From: an uncultured Planctomycetia bacterium
GTDB taxonomy: Bacteria; Planctomycetota; UBA8108; UBA1146
Length of the DNA stretch: 64,000 nt
Direction of reading: 5' to 3'
Assembly (NCBI GenBank): GCA_964605665.1
Contig: CAZSDP010000003.1
Location: 24,941-88,940, forward strand
Below the pieces are notes generated by a model that saw only the letters and a list, made by a program, of their open reading frames with translations, was not told where the DNA came from and did not search any database. Numbering within the stretch: position 1 is the first letter of the stretch; the number at the start of each line of letters is the position of its first letter. Positions 19,052 through 29,624 of this stretch are shown in pieces. The position numbers and the translations under genes were made by a program.

Positions 19052-21864
19052 CGAGATACCTCTTCTCCGCGAATGAGCACCCGTTCCAATCGCCCTTCAC
19101 CTTGGAAGGGATGGCCACGGAAGATTAAGAGATCACCATCGCAGCCAGGCTCCAGTGAACCGATCCGATCCTCGAGACGGAACATTCGTGCGACATCGGT
19201 CGTCAACGCCGCGATCGCCGCATCCGCTGCCAGACCGTGATCGACCGCATAAAGCGCCCGCATCGGCAAATCGACCGCCCCATCTCCGGCACCACTTTGA
19301 AACGCGATCGAAACCCCATGGCGGGAGAGCACGTCCGCTGGATTGACTCGTCGATCGCGATCCTCGGCCAGCACCTCCATCGGAACGATCACCCCCACTT
19401 GCGACTTGACGAGTTGTTCGACATGACTGAGCGATCCCTGCGCATCGAGCAGAATGAGCGGCAGCTTTTCTCTCTCGACCATCAACTCCAAGGTTCGAGC
19501 GATCTGTTCGCGACCATTCACCCGAATCACGGCAGGGATCTGTTTTTCGAGCAGACGACGTAGAGGCTCCAACGCGGGTTCCACGTTGGGAGGAAGCGGC
19601 CGCCCATCTTCGCGCCCTTTTCTGCGGCGGGTGACCTTGTACTCCACCGCTTCCTTCGAGATTCGGGTCGCCACCAGATCGATGCTAAAGCCCATCACGG
19701 AGATGGTCCCCTCCATCGAGTCTTCTGCGACCAACTCCGCCTCGATCATCGGCGTCGCGGGCAAATCGACGTCCGCTTCGATCGTGCCGCTGATCTTCTT
19801 CCCCTCGAGAGTCGCGACGATGCGGTGCTCGACCGGTACCGGTGGGTCGACGATGCGACCCTCGATCATACTCCCCTTGAGGACCATCGAGATCTTCCCC
19901 GTCTGGGGCTCCGGAAGAGGTCCGCCGCTGGCGGTCCCACTCCAAACTCCGGTGATCGGGTCCTCTTCAGTCTCGACGACCTCTTCGACATCCTCCGCGG
20001 GCTTGACCGTCTCACCCTTGGCTTTCTTCTCCCGCCACTCGGCGAGTTGCTTCTCGTACTTCTGCCACTTCTTGAGATAGTTCTTTGCCTTTGAGAGAGA
20101 GCCCTCGAGCCCGTCGAGAAATGAAATCGGATCTCCATCGACTTCAAACGCGACCGCCGCAACTTCACGAATCAAACGCTCGGAGCGGCGCTCTCCCCAC
20201 GTCTTCACCGCGGCGAAGGGGGATCCTCCCCTGGAGAATCGATAAGGGGAAAGGAGCACCGTGGTGATCCCCGCGCTCGCCACTCGTTCTTCAGGGAGAT
20301 TTGGGACTCCCAAGATCGAACCGAATCGAACATCGAGACCCGCGGCGCCTTGATCACCTCGAAGTCCGAGATGTCCTCGCGCATCGATGAACCCGGGAGT
20401 CACAAATGCGTCCGGTCCCGCGTCGATCACTTTGGCGAAGGGGGGACGTGAGACGGAGTGACCGACGGCGACAACCTCACCATTTTCGATAAGCACTTCT
20501 CCGTCGGTGATGCGCCGTTGAGGAGAAACCCAAATCGTCCCGGCACGAACCACCACTGCCGTCGTGTCCACCCCAGTCGCGGGTGAGGGTCGGAAGACTC
20601 TCTTACCGGCGACGATCACTTCGAGAGGACGGGCACCGAGGGAGAGAGGATCGTCACTCCACAAGACGAGGTCTGCGTCACGGCCTGGCGCAATCGATCC
20701 CACGCGATTTTCGAGCCCGATCGCTCGCGCAGCATTTGAGGTGATCGAGCGCAATGCACTCGAGCGGTCGAGGCCATGGCGATGGGCGAGAATCGCGCTG
20801 AAGCGCAATGCGGTGACGGGGGCGTTCCGAGGAGGGGCAAGAACCAGATCGACACCCTCGCGTCGCAGATGGTTGAAGTCGGGCAGGTCATCGGTCGCAC
20901 CCTCGAATGAGAAGCCGAGGTCCCGAGCAGATCCAGAGAGCCTGACCTGGGGACGATAAATCAGTGGTATCCCCGAATCGGCCAGACTGCTCACGACTCG
21001 CTGCGCCTCACGCCCTCCGACGATTGAGCCGACCCGTTCCTTGCCTCGAATGAATGAGATCGCCGCCAGAAGATCGACGGCGCGCTCGGCGGAGATCCGT
21101 AACGGTCGCTCCGCCTTCCACGCTTCGGCGAGGGCTCGGGGGTGGAGTCCGCCCGCACCCGATCCCTCGAGAGTGGCAGCGAGTTCCTCTTCGATCGCGA
21201 GAAGTCGACCGAGTCGAGTCGCAGGTCTCTGACGCTGCGCCGGCTCAATCGCGACGTCGGAACTGGGAGGGAACGGGAATTCGATCAGCGGTGCCGGTTG
21301 ATCCGCGGGATCTCCGAGTTGAAAACAGAGATCAGAACGGTCGACGATCACTCGCTGCGTCGGTGGTCCCGCCAACTTGACCACGGCACCTTCCCCGCTG
21401 AGGAGTTTGTGTTCACCGGGGGAAACATGCGCAGTGGTCACCCCATGCGCCAGCCACGGTCGGTAGTCACCGTAGCGATCAAATCCATCGACTGCCCGGT
21501 ATCCGGCCCCGACCGATTCCTCTCCACGTCGCGATCCACCGAAGTCGGTCGCGGCGGCAATCAAGCCAGAGGTGAGATATCCATCGGGGAATTCGACCCG
21601 CGGAAGATGCGGGTCCAACGACTCGAGGTCGGTGGTCACCGAAGTGATGACTCCATCGTGGATCACGACTGCGACATGCTCGACTTCAGATTCTGGTCCA
21701 TGGCCGAGAAAGGCGCGTCCCGCGATGATCGCGAAAGAGTCCGCAGCGGAGAGCAGTGCAGGAGAACCTCCCACGCAGAACAGTACGGTGGCGAGCACCA
21801 CCGCCAGAAGCCGAGTCTGTGGTGGGCCACTTCTCAAGTAGAGGGCATCGATCAAGAGAGCCAT
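19048..21864 (-). CDS. Secreted tandem double amidohydrolase-fold protein, paralog 4 (two fused domains)
   Basis: Start chosen at MALLIDALYL, followed by a hydrophobic signal. Domain 1 ends ALRSITSNAARAIGLENRVGSIAPGRDADLVLWSDDPL. Domain 2 has FIDARGHLG (one His only) and a KAKNYLKKWQKYEKQLAEWREKKAKGE insert, and ends IGSLEPGCDGDLLIFRGHPF. The track ORF extends to 21975. Confidence 0.65.
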   Translation of the reverse strand: MALLIDALYLRSGPPQTRLLAVVLATVLFCVGGSPALLSAADSFAIIAGRAFLGHGPESEVEHVAVVIHDGVITSVTTDLESLDPHLPRVEFPDGYLTSGLIAAATDFGGSRRGEESVGAGYRAVDGFDRYGDYRPWLAHGVTTAHVSPGEHKLLSGEGAVVKLAGPPTQRVIVDRSDLCFQLGDPADQPAPLIEFPFPPSSDVAIEPAQRQRPATRLGRLLAIEEELAATLEGSGAGGLHPRALAEAWKAERPLRISAERAVDLLAAISFIRGKERVGSIVGGREAQRVVSSLADSGIPLIYRPQVRLSGSARDLGFSFEGATDDLPDFNHLRREGVDLVLAPPRNAPVTALRFSAILAHRHGLDRSSALRSITSNAARAIGLENRVGSIAPGRDADLVLWSDDPLSLGARPLEVIVAGKRVFRPSPATGVDTTAVVVRAGTIWVSPQRRITDGEVLIENGEVVAVGHSVSRPPFAKVIDAGPDAFVTPGFIDARGHLGLRGDQGAAGLDVRFGSILGVPNLPEERVASAGITTVLLSPYRFSRGGSPFAAVKTWGERRSERLIREVAAVAFEVDGDPISFLDGLEGSLSKAKNYLKKWQKYEKQLAEWREKKAKGETVKPAEDVEEVVETEEDPITGVWSGTASGGPLPEPQTGKISMVLKGSMIEGRIVDPPVPVEHRIVATLEGKKISGTIEADVDLPATPMIEAELVAEDSMEGTISVMGFSIDLVATRISKEAVEYKVTRRRKGREDGRPLPPNVEPALEPLRRLLEKQIPAVIRVNGREQIARTLELMVEREKLPLILLDAQGSLSHVEQLVKSQVGVIVPMEVLAEDRDRRVNPADVLSRHGVSIAFQSGAGDGAVDLPMRALYAVDHGLAADAAIAALTTDVARMFRLEDRIGSLEPGCDGDLLIFRGHPFQGEGRLERVLIRGEEVSR

Positions 21865-21865
21865 C

Positions 21866-23278
21866 TCAGCGGTCCCCCCCCGCTTCTTCTTCTTTTGCCG
21901 TCTCCTCCGACTCTTCGCCCTTCGATTCTTCGGTTTCGGTGGCCTCTCCGTCCTCTTCTTCGTCTCCACTCGCATCTTCCATCAAGTCGAGCAGTTCCCG
22001 CATTCGAGGGTCGCGCTCACGGTCATAAGCGAGAATCCCGTCGATGTAGACCTCTTCCACCCAACTGCCAAAGTCGAGGGGGTCACCGGAAAGCACCACG
22101 ATGTCTCCCCGCTTCCCGACTTCGATCGAACCGATCTCGTCACCGAGTCCGAGCATCTGCGCCGGATGCAACGTGATCGAACGCAGCGCAACCGATCGAG
22201 GGATACCCGCTCTCACGCAACGGGCCGCCTGGTAGGTCAAGAATCTCTCTGGAAGTGAACCATCGGGATGTGGGCGCAAGGCAAACTGAATCTTGGCGTC
22301 ATGGAGAACCTTCGGTACGAAGGTCTCGGTGATCTCACCGGTGAATGGATCTCGGCTTCGATCGACCAACTCGGTGGGACACACGACAGGGCGCCCAGCT
22401 TCTTTCAGTTCCCCCACCGCCCGATGAACATCGGTTCCGATCAACAGCACAGTGCGATCGGTGAGGCCCTGCTCCCGCCCGATCTCAATGGCGGGTGCAA
22501 CATCGGTCGCACTGCCGCAATAGAACCACGGCAACATCGATCCACTCCGTAGGCGATACAGATTGCGATATTGATCATCGAGATCGATGTCTCGGATCAA
22601 TGCTCGCCCTTGTTCTTGAGCCTCACTCGGAGAGACGGTGACCTTCTCGCCTTTTTTCTCTTGCTCTTCCTCGTAGCGTGACTCCGCCAACGTCTCGAGA
22701 TACTGATCTAAGTCGAGGAAGGCTCCCCGCAAATCTGCGAGTTGTTGCATTCGGTCACTCCCCCGCCGAGGAGTCGTCGAAATCTGAATCGCCACCGGTG
22801 CCCGGAGGGTCATTTCGTCGGGAGTACGCCCGATCGGGCGCAGCACTCGGGTCATCGCTCCGATCACGAGATCGTGACTGGGAGAGATGTGCACCGAGGT
22901 GATCCCATTTCGCAGCGTCTCTTCGAAAAAGAGGCGCGACGGATCGATGGCGTCGTAGACATCGAGATAGGGACTCACCGGGACCGCTTCGTTCGGAATG
23001 TCGAGACCACGCCAGTTGAAGGGGTCGATCATCCCCGGAAAGAGGACCTTTCCGGTGCAGTCGATCTCCATCGCATCGTAGGGCAACTCCACTTCCTCGC
23101 CGACCGCCGTGATCCGGCCCTCTTCGATCAAGACCGTTCCCTGAGCGATTTCAGGACCGCTCACGGGAATAATTCGCCCACCGGTCAAAGCGACCTTGTC
23201 ACGAGGTGGCGCTCCCTCCAACGAAGGGTTGCCGAGGAAGAGCGCGAGTAGAAACAGAAGGAGCAGAACAGATCTCAT
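21866..23278 (-). CDS. Secreted amidohydrolase-fold protein, paralog 5
   Basis: Signal peptide MRSVLLLLFLLALFLG; start placed there, the track ORF runs to 23461. PGMIDPFNW at the HxH position (lost). Acidic EEEQEKKGEK insert. C-terminal ALRSITLHPAQMLGLGDEIGSIEVGKRGDIVVLSGDPL. Confidence 0.65.
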   Translation of the reverse strand: MRSVLLLLFLLALFLGNPSLEGAPPRDKVALTGGRIIPVSGPEIAQGTVLIEEGRITAVGEEVELPYDAMEIDCTGKVLFPGMIDPFNWRGLDIPNEAVPVSPYLDVYDAIDPSRLFFEETLRNGITSVHISPSHDLVIGAMTRVLRPIGRTPDEMTLRAPVAIQISTTPRRGSDRMQQLADLRGAFLDLDQYLETLAESRYEEEQEKKGEKVTVSPSEAQEQGRALIRDIDLDDQYRNLYRLRSGSMLPWFYCGSATDVAPAIEIGREQGLTDRTVLLIGTDVHRAVGELKEAGRPVVCPTELVDRSRDPFTGEITETFVPKVLHDAKIQFALRPHPDGSLPERFLTYQAARCVRAGIPRSVALRSITLHPAQMLGLGDEIGSIEVGKRGDIVVLSGDPLDFGSWVEEVYIDGILAYDRERDPRMRELLDLMEDASGDEEEDGEATETEESKGEESEETAKEEEAGGDR

Positions 23279-23364
23279 CGGGTCGTTCTCGTCTCTGTTC
23301 GAAGTCCCACTGACGTGGGGCTCGATGATCGAAAGGCCTCCGAAAAGACCTTCGAACCACCGAA

Positions 23365-24831
23365 TCATCTGGGGGAATCTGGGGAGCGCTCGAAGGAGAG
23401 CTCTCCGTCCACATAAACACGAGCCACTGCAGAGGTCGCCGCGAATGGCGGCCCGGTCCAAATGACCAGATCAGCACGTTTGCCACTCTCGATCGTCCCG
23501 ACTTCTCCGTCGATTCCGAGGATCTTCGCCGGTCTCGATGTCACCAACGCTAAAGCGGTCTCTCGATCGACTCCGAAACGCATCGCCAACATCGCTTGCC
23601 GCCCCAGTCCATCTTCCTCCCGCAAATCTTGGGCACTGAGACAGAGTGGCGCCCCGATCTCAACCAAGTCCCGCAAGGTGTGGAGTCGAGCGCGGCGAGT
23701 TTCTGGTGACCTCGCCGAGAGACCGGTCGGCAAGTCATAGATCGGACCGAAGACGATGGGGACTTGGCGAGTCCCCAGTAGATCGAGGACTCGATATGCT
23801 TCGACCGGATCGACCAAGGTGAACGGCACTCCGAACTCACCGCAAAGGCGGTAGGCACTTTCGATGTCGGAGGAGGTCCTCGCCTGAACCCGAAGAGCGA
23901 TTTCACCATCGATGACCTGATTCAGAACTGCGGATGCTTCTGGACTCGCAGTGTCCGCCCCACTCGGCTGACCTCCACTCGCGCGGAGCATCGCATCGTA
24001 GAACGCCTTGCGGAATATCCACCCCACCCCCATCCGCGACTGGGGACGGCGAGCGAAGTGATTGACTCCGAAACGGCTGGGGGTGCGATTTCTGGTCCCA
24101 AATCGATAGGGATCCGATCCGATCGTCGCCTTGACCGCAGCATTCGCCTCCAGCACTCGATCGACTCCCGCAGTTCGCAAGATCGCACCACGAGCCCCGA
24201 GCACTGCGGATGGATCGGGGGAGGCGTACACCGTAGTGACTCCATCGCGCATCAGTCGTTCGAAATCGGGGGAGCCGAGATCGAGGCCATCGAGGTGGGA
24301 GGTATGGGGAATCACCTCAGAAGACTGTTCGGAGATCGCACTCGGCCCCGACACGCCACTGATGGTCTCATGGTCGTGGTGCGGCTCCGGCTCGAGGCCG
24401 TCGCCCCCGCAGATCGGACAGATCACATCGGGTTCATGACCAGCGGACTCGGGACAGACTCGCGGGTCGTGGAAATGCTGTACCGGCTCCGCGGAAAAAC
24501 CGAAGAGCTCTCGCACCTGAGCGGCCGCCGTCTTGCTGCGAGGCTGCAACAGATTCTCCGGCTCGATCTTCGCATTTGCATCGATCATCCCGGGAGTGAC
24601 CTGGTGGCCCGATAGATCGATCACGGTCGCGCCTTCAGGGATCACCAAGTCAGCCCCGACCGCGACAATGCGTCCGTCTCGAATCTGGATGATCCCATTC
24701 TCGATCGAACGTCCATCGCCACAGTGCACAAGATCGCTACGAAGAAACAGATCTGCGGCGAAACTCGGCAATGGTAAGAAGACCATCAAGACGAGCAACG
24801 TCGCTCGAAGGTGAGTAAAACTCTTCATCAT
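23365..24831 (-). CDS. Secreted amidohydrolase-fold protein, paralog 6
   Basis: Signal peptide LLVLMVFLPLPSFA. PGMIDANAKIEP (HxH lost). C-terminal ALALVTSRPAKILGIDGEVGTIESGKRADLVIWTGPPF. ATGA overlap with paralog 7. Confidence 0.7.
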   Translation of the reverse strand: MMKSFTHLRATLLVLMVFLPLPSFAADLFLRSDLVHCGDGRSIENGIIQIRDGRIVAVGADLVIPEGATVIDLSGHQVTPGMIDANAKIEPENLLQPRSKTAAAQVRELFGFSAEPVQHFHDPRVCPESAGHEPDVICPICGGDGLEPEPHHDHETISGVSGPSAISEQSSEVIPHTSHLDGLDLGSPDFERLMRDGVTTVYASPDPSAVLGARGAILRTAGVDRVLEANAAVKATIGSDPYRFGTRNRTPSRFGVNHFARRPQSRMGVGWIFRKAFYDAMLRASGGQPSGADTASPEASAVLNQVIDGEIALRVQARTSSDIESAYRLCGEFGVPFTLVDPVEAYRVLDLLGTRQVPIVFGPIYDLPTGLSARSPETRRARLHTLRDLVEIGAPLCLSAQDLREEDGLGRQAMLAMRFGVDRETALALVTSRPAKILGIDGEVGTIESGKRADLVIWTGPPFAATSAVARVYVDGELSFERSPDSPR

Positions 24832-26036
24832 CGTTGAGCCTCCTCGTCAGGAATCACGTCACTGGAGTGAGGCGATCGTATCACCACTTCCTGACCATTC
24901 TGAAACACCCGCATCACCTCGCTTCGACTCAACAGTGGATCTCCATCAAAGATCACTAAGTCGGCTCGGTAACCGGCACCGATCGCTCCGATCTGCTCTT
25001 CCAAACCGACGCACCGTGCTGCGTTGATCGTCATCGCGCGCCGCGCCGCCGCGGGATCGAGGCCGTGGGCCACCGCGCGTCGGGCGGAACCGCGCAATGA
25101 ATCAGGGCCGGCGATCGGCATATCACCTCGAAGAGCCAACTCGAACCCCGCGCGCGCCAATGCGGAAGCACCGCGAAGTTCCGCCGCCGAGGTGATCGTG
25201 GTGAAAGGGCCCACCACGATCACGCCTTCCGGGCCCCCGCCCACTTCGACCAGCAGTCGCGCCGCGTCGCTCCCTCCGGAGGCGAGAACGAGAGTCGGGC
25301 GCTGTCGATCGAGAATCGGCATGAACATCTCAGCAGCAGTGCGGACATCCATCGCTTCGCTGCAATGAATCATCGGGGCCGCCACTCCATCGCGAAGGTT
25401 CGCCTGGAGCAGTGCTGTCCCCTCCATCTTGAGCCAGCGGCGGAGTGCACTCTCCAGGCCAGATCGGCTAGTCGGTTCCCGATTGGCATCGAGAGCGCTC
25501 TCCCCGACCGCGAAGACGAGAGGGCCTTCCCGTTCGATGACCGGCTGGAGTTGGGAACGGGCTCCGGTCGCGAAGGTCACCGCCCGACCGCTCAACGGCC
25601 GATTGGGAGTGGGAGCCACGGTCGCATAGAGAACGCCCGCCCTGCGGGAACGATCGAGATCGGGGCGCAGTGGATCGATCGCAGCGGCTGCGTTCGCCTG
25701 CGGATCGAATGCGATCGCTTCTTCGGAGTGCTCGCCGGGCGCACCGACACTACTGAGGAGTTCGTGCAGTCCGGGAATCAGCACCGTGCCACTGCCAAAG
25801 TGATGTTGTGGCTCAGGCAAGTCCGCCGTATCCACCGGAACAACGCGTTCGATGTTTCCATCCTCGGTGATCACCACAGCGAGCCCGGGAGCGAGGGTCC
25901 CGTCGGCACGTTGGGTCCATTCAGCGATCAGGGTTCTCGCATCATCTGCAACGAGGAAGATGCCGGGGGAAAAGAGTACCCCCACGGTGAGCAGACCGAG
26001 GAAGAACCACTGCAGTGGTTTCGGCGGAGACATCAT
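24828..26036 (-). CDS. Secreted amidohydrolase-fold protein, paralog 7 (shorter, 402 aa)
   Basis: Signal/TM WFFLGLLTVGVLFSPGIFLVA. C-terminal ARRAMTINAARCVGLEEQIGAIGAGYRADLVIFDGDPL. ATGA overlap with paralog 8. Confidence 0.65.
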   Translation of the reverse strand: MMSPPKPLQWFFLGLLTVGVLFSPGIFLVADDARTLIAEWTQRADGTLAPGLAVVITEDGNIERVVPVDTADLPEPQHHFGSGTVLIPGLHELLSSVGAPGEHSEEAIAFDPQANAAAAIDPLRPDLDRSRRAGVLYATVAPTPNRPLSGRAVTFATGARSQLQPVIEREGPLVFAVGESALDANREPTSRSGLESALRRWLKMEGTALLQANLRDGVAAPMIHCSEAMDVRTAAEMFMPILDRQRPTLVLASGGSDAARLLVEVGGGPEGVIVVGPFTTITSAAELRGASALARAGFELALRGDMPIAGPDSLRGSARRAVAHGLDPAAARRAMTINAARCVGLEEQIGAIGAGYRADLVIFDGDPLLSRSEVMRVFQNGQEVVIRSPHSSDVIPDEEAQR

Positions 26037-27469
26037 AGTTCCTCCTCCTCAGCGGGCGTCGACGCACTCGACGGCTCGATCGTATTCTGAAAAACGGTCT
26101 TCCCGGCGACCAACACCCGATCGACCCGGGCGGATGGATCGGAGGTGGGGTCTGCAGTCCAGATCACCAAATCCGCGGGAGCTCCGCGACCGAGGCGTCC
26201 TTGCCGTCGACTCAACTGGAGAAACTGGATCGAATCTCGAGTCAACATCTGGACGACGTCGCGATCGGACCCACGGGCGACTCGCCCCGCCTCATCCCAG
26301 AGTTCCTGCACCACTGGACCTGGCCCGAAGTACCAGGAGATACCCGCTCGATCGAGCTCCGCCGCCAAATGCTCCGATCGGCGCCAGGTCCTCGCGCGCT
26401 CTGCCCGCTCTCCATCGGATGCGGGCTCCAAGAGCACCGTGACATCTTCCTCGGAAAGATGATCGAGAACGAGATGGGCTTCACTCCCCCCGACTAAGAC
26501 CCAGTCGAGATCGTGCTTCTTTGCCAATGCGATCGCATTGAAGATATCGGCGCTTCGGTGAGCCTCGATTCTGACCGGGATCTGCCGATCGATCGCTCTC
26601 AGGATCATCTCGAGGTCGGGGCGCACCTTCGGTGGCTTCGGCTTCTTCGGACCATCTTTATCGGAGTCCTTCTTCGACGTGGACTTCCCACCACCCGATC
26701 CCTTCGCGCCTTTGAGCTCTCGACGATCGCCGTCTTTTCCTTCTCCGGACTCACTCTCACCCGCCTGCTCATCCTCAACTTTGGCGAGTTCTTCGAGGTA
26801 CTTCTCCAGATCCTCCTCGTACTGATCGAGAGACTCTCGATAATCGATCGCCCTCTCGAACTGCTTCTCGATCGTCCGCAGCGTCTTCAGACGGCTCAAT
26901 GTCGGCTGAGATGAGCCGAGATCGATACAGAGTGCCGCTTCCTCGGCGAGGGGCACTCCGATCCCGCCCGCTTCTCGAGGAGCCAACCTCACCACGGTAG
27001 AGGTACCCAAAATTCCACTGGCGCCGCTCGGAACGAGACAAACCGTGGTGACTCCCGCCGCGTATGCGGCATTCACCGCATCTCGATCGTAGCGATCGAA
27101 GCCATCCCAAGCGTGGAAGTTTGGAGAAGCGCGGCGGGTGCGATCGAGAGCGAGCTGCGAACTGCAAGCGATCCAACCGGTGGTCACCGTTCCTCCCTTG
27201 CCATCGATCGTTCTCGACAGGAGAGGCTTCGCCGCTTCCGGCCCGAGTTCGACGATCTGTCCCCCGCGGATCACGATGCGGGCGTTCTCCACCGAGCGAG
27301 AATCGGACAAGAGCAGGGTCACGTTTTCGATCACGGTCGATCGCTGGAAGAGTTGCGCCTCGAGTTTTCTCGGGGCGGTGACGACAGCAGCGAGGATGAG
27401 GATGATCAGGCCGGCCTGGTAGACTCGACCGATCGTCGCAATCATATTCAGGGTTTCATCCCTTCCCAT
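26033..27469 (-). CDS. Secreted amidohydrolase-fold protein, paralog 8, with a long acidic/Lys-rich insert
   Basis: Signal LIILILAAVVTAPRKLEA. Insert DQYEEDLEKYLEELAKVEDEQAGESESGEGKDGDRRELKGAKGSGGGKSTSKKDSDKDGPKKPKPPK. C-terminal motif GRGAPADLVIWTADPT. This is the first gene of the array. Confidence 0.65.
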   Translation of the reverse strand: MGRDETLNMIATIGRVYQAGLIILILAAVVTAPRKLEAQLFQRSTVIENVTLLLSDSRSVENARIVIRGGQIVELGPEAAKPLLSRTIDGKGGTVTTGWIACSSQLALDRTRRASPNFHAWDGFDRYDRDAVNAAYAAGVTTVCLVPSGASGILGTSTVVRLAPREAGGIGVPLAEEAALCIDLGSSQPTLSRLKTLRTIEKQFERAIDYRESLDQYEEDLEKYLEELAKVEDEQAGESESGEGKDGDRRELKGAKGSGGGKSTSKKDSDKDGPKKPKPPKVRPDLEMILRAIDRQIPVRIEAHRSADIFNAIALAKKHDLDWVLVGGSEAHLVLDHLSEEDVTVLLEPASDGERAERARTWRRSEHLAAELDRAGISWYFGPGPVVQELWDEAGRVARGSDRDVVQMLTRDSIQFLQLSRRQGRLGRGAPADLVIWTADPTSDPSARVDRVLVAGKTVFQNTIEPSSASTPAEEEEL

Positions 27470-27905
27470 CCTCGATCGGACTCCCCGTCACCTGCCCCAT
27501 CTACGCTGGGTGGGCAACGGACGAGGCCTGGCCCCATCGCGAAAACGAAGCGCGTACCGGCCAAATGAGGATCGTAGATACGGTGCAGAACTTCCCGGCG
27601 GCGAGTTTTCCCCAACAGCCGATTCCCCCGGCTGGCCACCGAACCCCCACAAGATAGCGCCAGAGTCTTTCTACTGCGAGACTTCCGTCAAAAGCGGGCC
27701 CGAATTCGACCCGCGATCTTCTTCTCGACCGCCCCCTCTCCGACCGCCGACAGGGGGGGCCACGAGAGAGCGGGCGAGCGGCTCACCGCGAAGAGGATCC
27801 GGAATCATCATCACCTCACTCGCAATCGGCGCCGGATCGGGCAATATGTGACTCGAATCGGGGAGTGACGTTCGCCGGAAAAGCGTCAGCCCACTCAGGA
27901 AGGAT

Positions 27906-28865
27906 ATGCGGAGCATGATTCAAAATTCGGGAAGTCATCGGACCGGTAGCGGAAACGAGTCACCAGGAGCCCGTGACTTGAGCGCTCTGGACGGAGAGTT
28001 TCGGGTCAAGGTGGGCCTCGCAGAGATGTTGCGAGGTGGGGTCATCATGGACGTCACCGATTCCGAGCAAGCGCGCATCGCCGAAGAGGCGGGAGCGGTG
28101 GCGGTGATGGCGCTGGAGAGAGTCCCCGCCGATATTCGTAAAGAGGGTGGAATCGCGCGGATGTCACCGGTCGACAAGGTCGAGGAGATCAAGAGCGCGG
28201 TCACGATCCCGGTGATGGCGAAGGCTCGGATCGGGCACTTCGTCGAAGCGCAGATTCTGGAAGCGCTCGAAGTCGACTTCATCGATGAGAGCGAAGTGCT
28301 GACGCCAGCAGATCACCATTTCCACATCGAAAAGAGAGCCTTCAAAGTCCCCTTCGTCTGCGGAGCGACCTGTCTCGCCGAAGCGCTCCGGAGAATTGGC
28401 GAAGGCGCCGCGATGATCCGAACCAAAGGGGAAGCGGGGACCGGTGACATCGTCGAAGGGGTCCGCCATCTCCGCGAAGTCCAACGAGAGATTCGCGTAT
28501 TGACCCAACTTCCTCACGAAGAGTTGATGACCGCCGCAAAAGAGATGGGAGCGCCCTACGATCTGGTCGAGATGGTCGCCTCCACCGGTCGTCTGCCGGT
28601 GCCGAACTTCGCCGCCGGAGGCATTGCGACCCCCGCGGACGCAGCACTGGCGATGCGGCTCGGAGCGGAAGCGGTCTTCGTTGGCAGCGGAATCTTCAAG
28701 TCGCAAGATCCGGGACGAACGGCTCGCGCGATCGTTCATGCGACGGCGCATTTCGAAGACCCTGCGTCTTTGGTCGAAGCGTCGCGCGGGATCGGAACGC
28801 CGATGATCGGAGTCGATGCCAGTACGCTCCCTGAGGAGGAGCGACTGCAAGAGCGCGGCTGGTAG
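27906..28865 (+). CDS. pdxS: Pyridoxal 5'-phosphate synthase lyase subunit PdxS
   Basis: The core matches the conserved PdxS/SNZ sequence ([14 protein letters not shown]...[19 protein letters not shown]...[14 protein letters not shown]...[29 protein letters not shown]). SD-like AGGAAGGA upstream. A start at 27915 is also possible. Confidence 0.9.
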   Translation: MRSMIQNSGSHRTGSGNESPGARDLSALDGEFRVKVGLAEMLRGGVIMDVTDSEQARIAEEAGAVAVMALERVPADIRKEGGIARMSPVDKVEEIKSAVTIPVMAKARIGHFVEAQILEALEVDFIDESEVLTPADHHFHIEKRAFKVPFVCGATCLAEALRRIGEGAAMIRTKGEAGTGDIVEGVRHLREVQREIRVLTQLPHEELMTAAKEMGAPYDLVEMVASTGRLPVPNFAAGGIATPADAALAMRLGAEAVFVGSGIFKSQDPGRTARAIVHATAHFEDPASLVEASRGIGTPMIGVDASTLPEEERLQERGW

Positions 28866-28879
28866 GCGGGCGGAACACG

Positions 28880-29581
28880 ATGGCGTTCAGGTCTGCACTG
28901 CGAGGGGTCGATCGCGTCGAACCGGTCGGGGTCCTCGCTCTACAGGGATCGGTGGAACCGCACCGCCGCGCCCTTGCCGACCTCGGAGTCGACTCGGTGG
29001 AGGTCCGCCATCGAGAGGATTTGCGTCAGGTTGAACGTCTCATTCTCCCAGGCGGAGAAAGCTCCACTCTTTGGCGCCTACTCCGACGATTTCAACTGTG
29101 GGATGAGATCGGAGAGCGAGCGAGAGCGGATGAGCTCTCGATCTTCGGCACCTGCGCGGGTGCGATTCTGCTCGGGCAGAGCGACACCGACGACCCGCCC
29201 CCGCGACTCGACCTGATCGACGTCGAAGTACGAAGAAATGCCTACGGCCGGCAAGTCGCCAGCTTCGTCGGTCCCCTACAGTACTGCGAGCAGTCATTCC
29301 CCCTCGATTCGAACGCGTCAGATTCGAATCAGGGCGAGGGCGTTTTCATACGGGCGCCCCGGTTCCGATCGATTCCCGAGGAGGTCAAGATTCTCGCGCA
29401 ACTCGACGGTGAACCGGTCGCCATCGAGCAGGGACGGATGATGGCGATCGCATTTCATCCCGAATTAACGCGCGATCGTCGCCTCTATCAGCGCTGGCTC
29501 CAACTCCCATCACAGGGCGCCAACGCTGAGAAAAACCGGGTAGAGAGCGACCTTCGGTCGACGCGGCATCCCGGATCGTGA
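28880..29581 (+). CDS. pdxT: Pyridoxal 5'-phosphate synthase glutaminase subunit PdxT
   Basis: VGVLALQGS...LILPGGESST...FGTCAGAILL (catalytic Cys) ...AFHPELT (His) is the class I glutamine amidotransferase PdxT/SNO pattern. It lies immediately downstream of pdxS. Confidence 0.85.
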   Translation: MAFRSALRGVDRVEPVGVLALQGSVEPHRRALADLGVDSVEVRHREDLRQVERLILPGGESSTLWRLLRRFQLWDEIGERARADELSIFGTCAGAILLGQSDTDDPPPRLDLIDVEVRRNAYGRQVASFVGPLQYCEQSFPLDSNASDSNQGEGVFIRAPRFRSIPEEVKILAQLDGEPVAIEQGRMMAIAFHPELTRDRRLYQRWLQLPSQGANAEKNRVESDLRSTRHPGS

Positions 29582-29624
29582 ATAATCAGCGGCAAGCCGA
29601 AACGGGGGGTGAAGCGTGGTCAAT

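Noticed and set aside
27470-27905. Possible riboswitch or leader upstream of pdxS
   Set aside because: No conserved riboswitch sequence was recognised. The region is also the promoter for the divergently transcribed amidohydrolase array.
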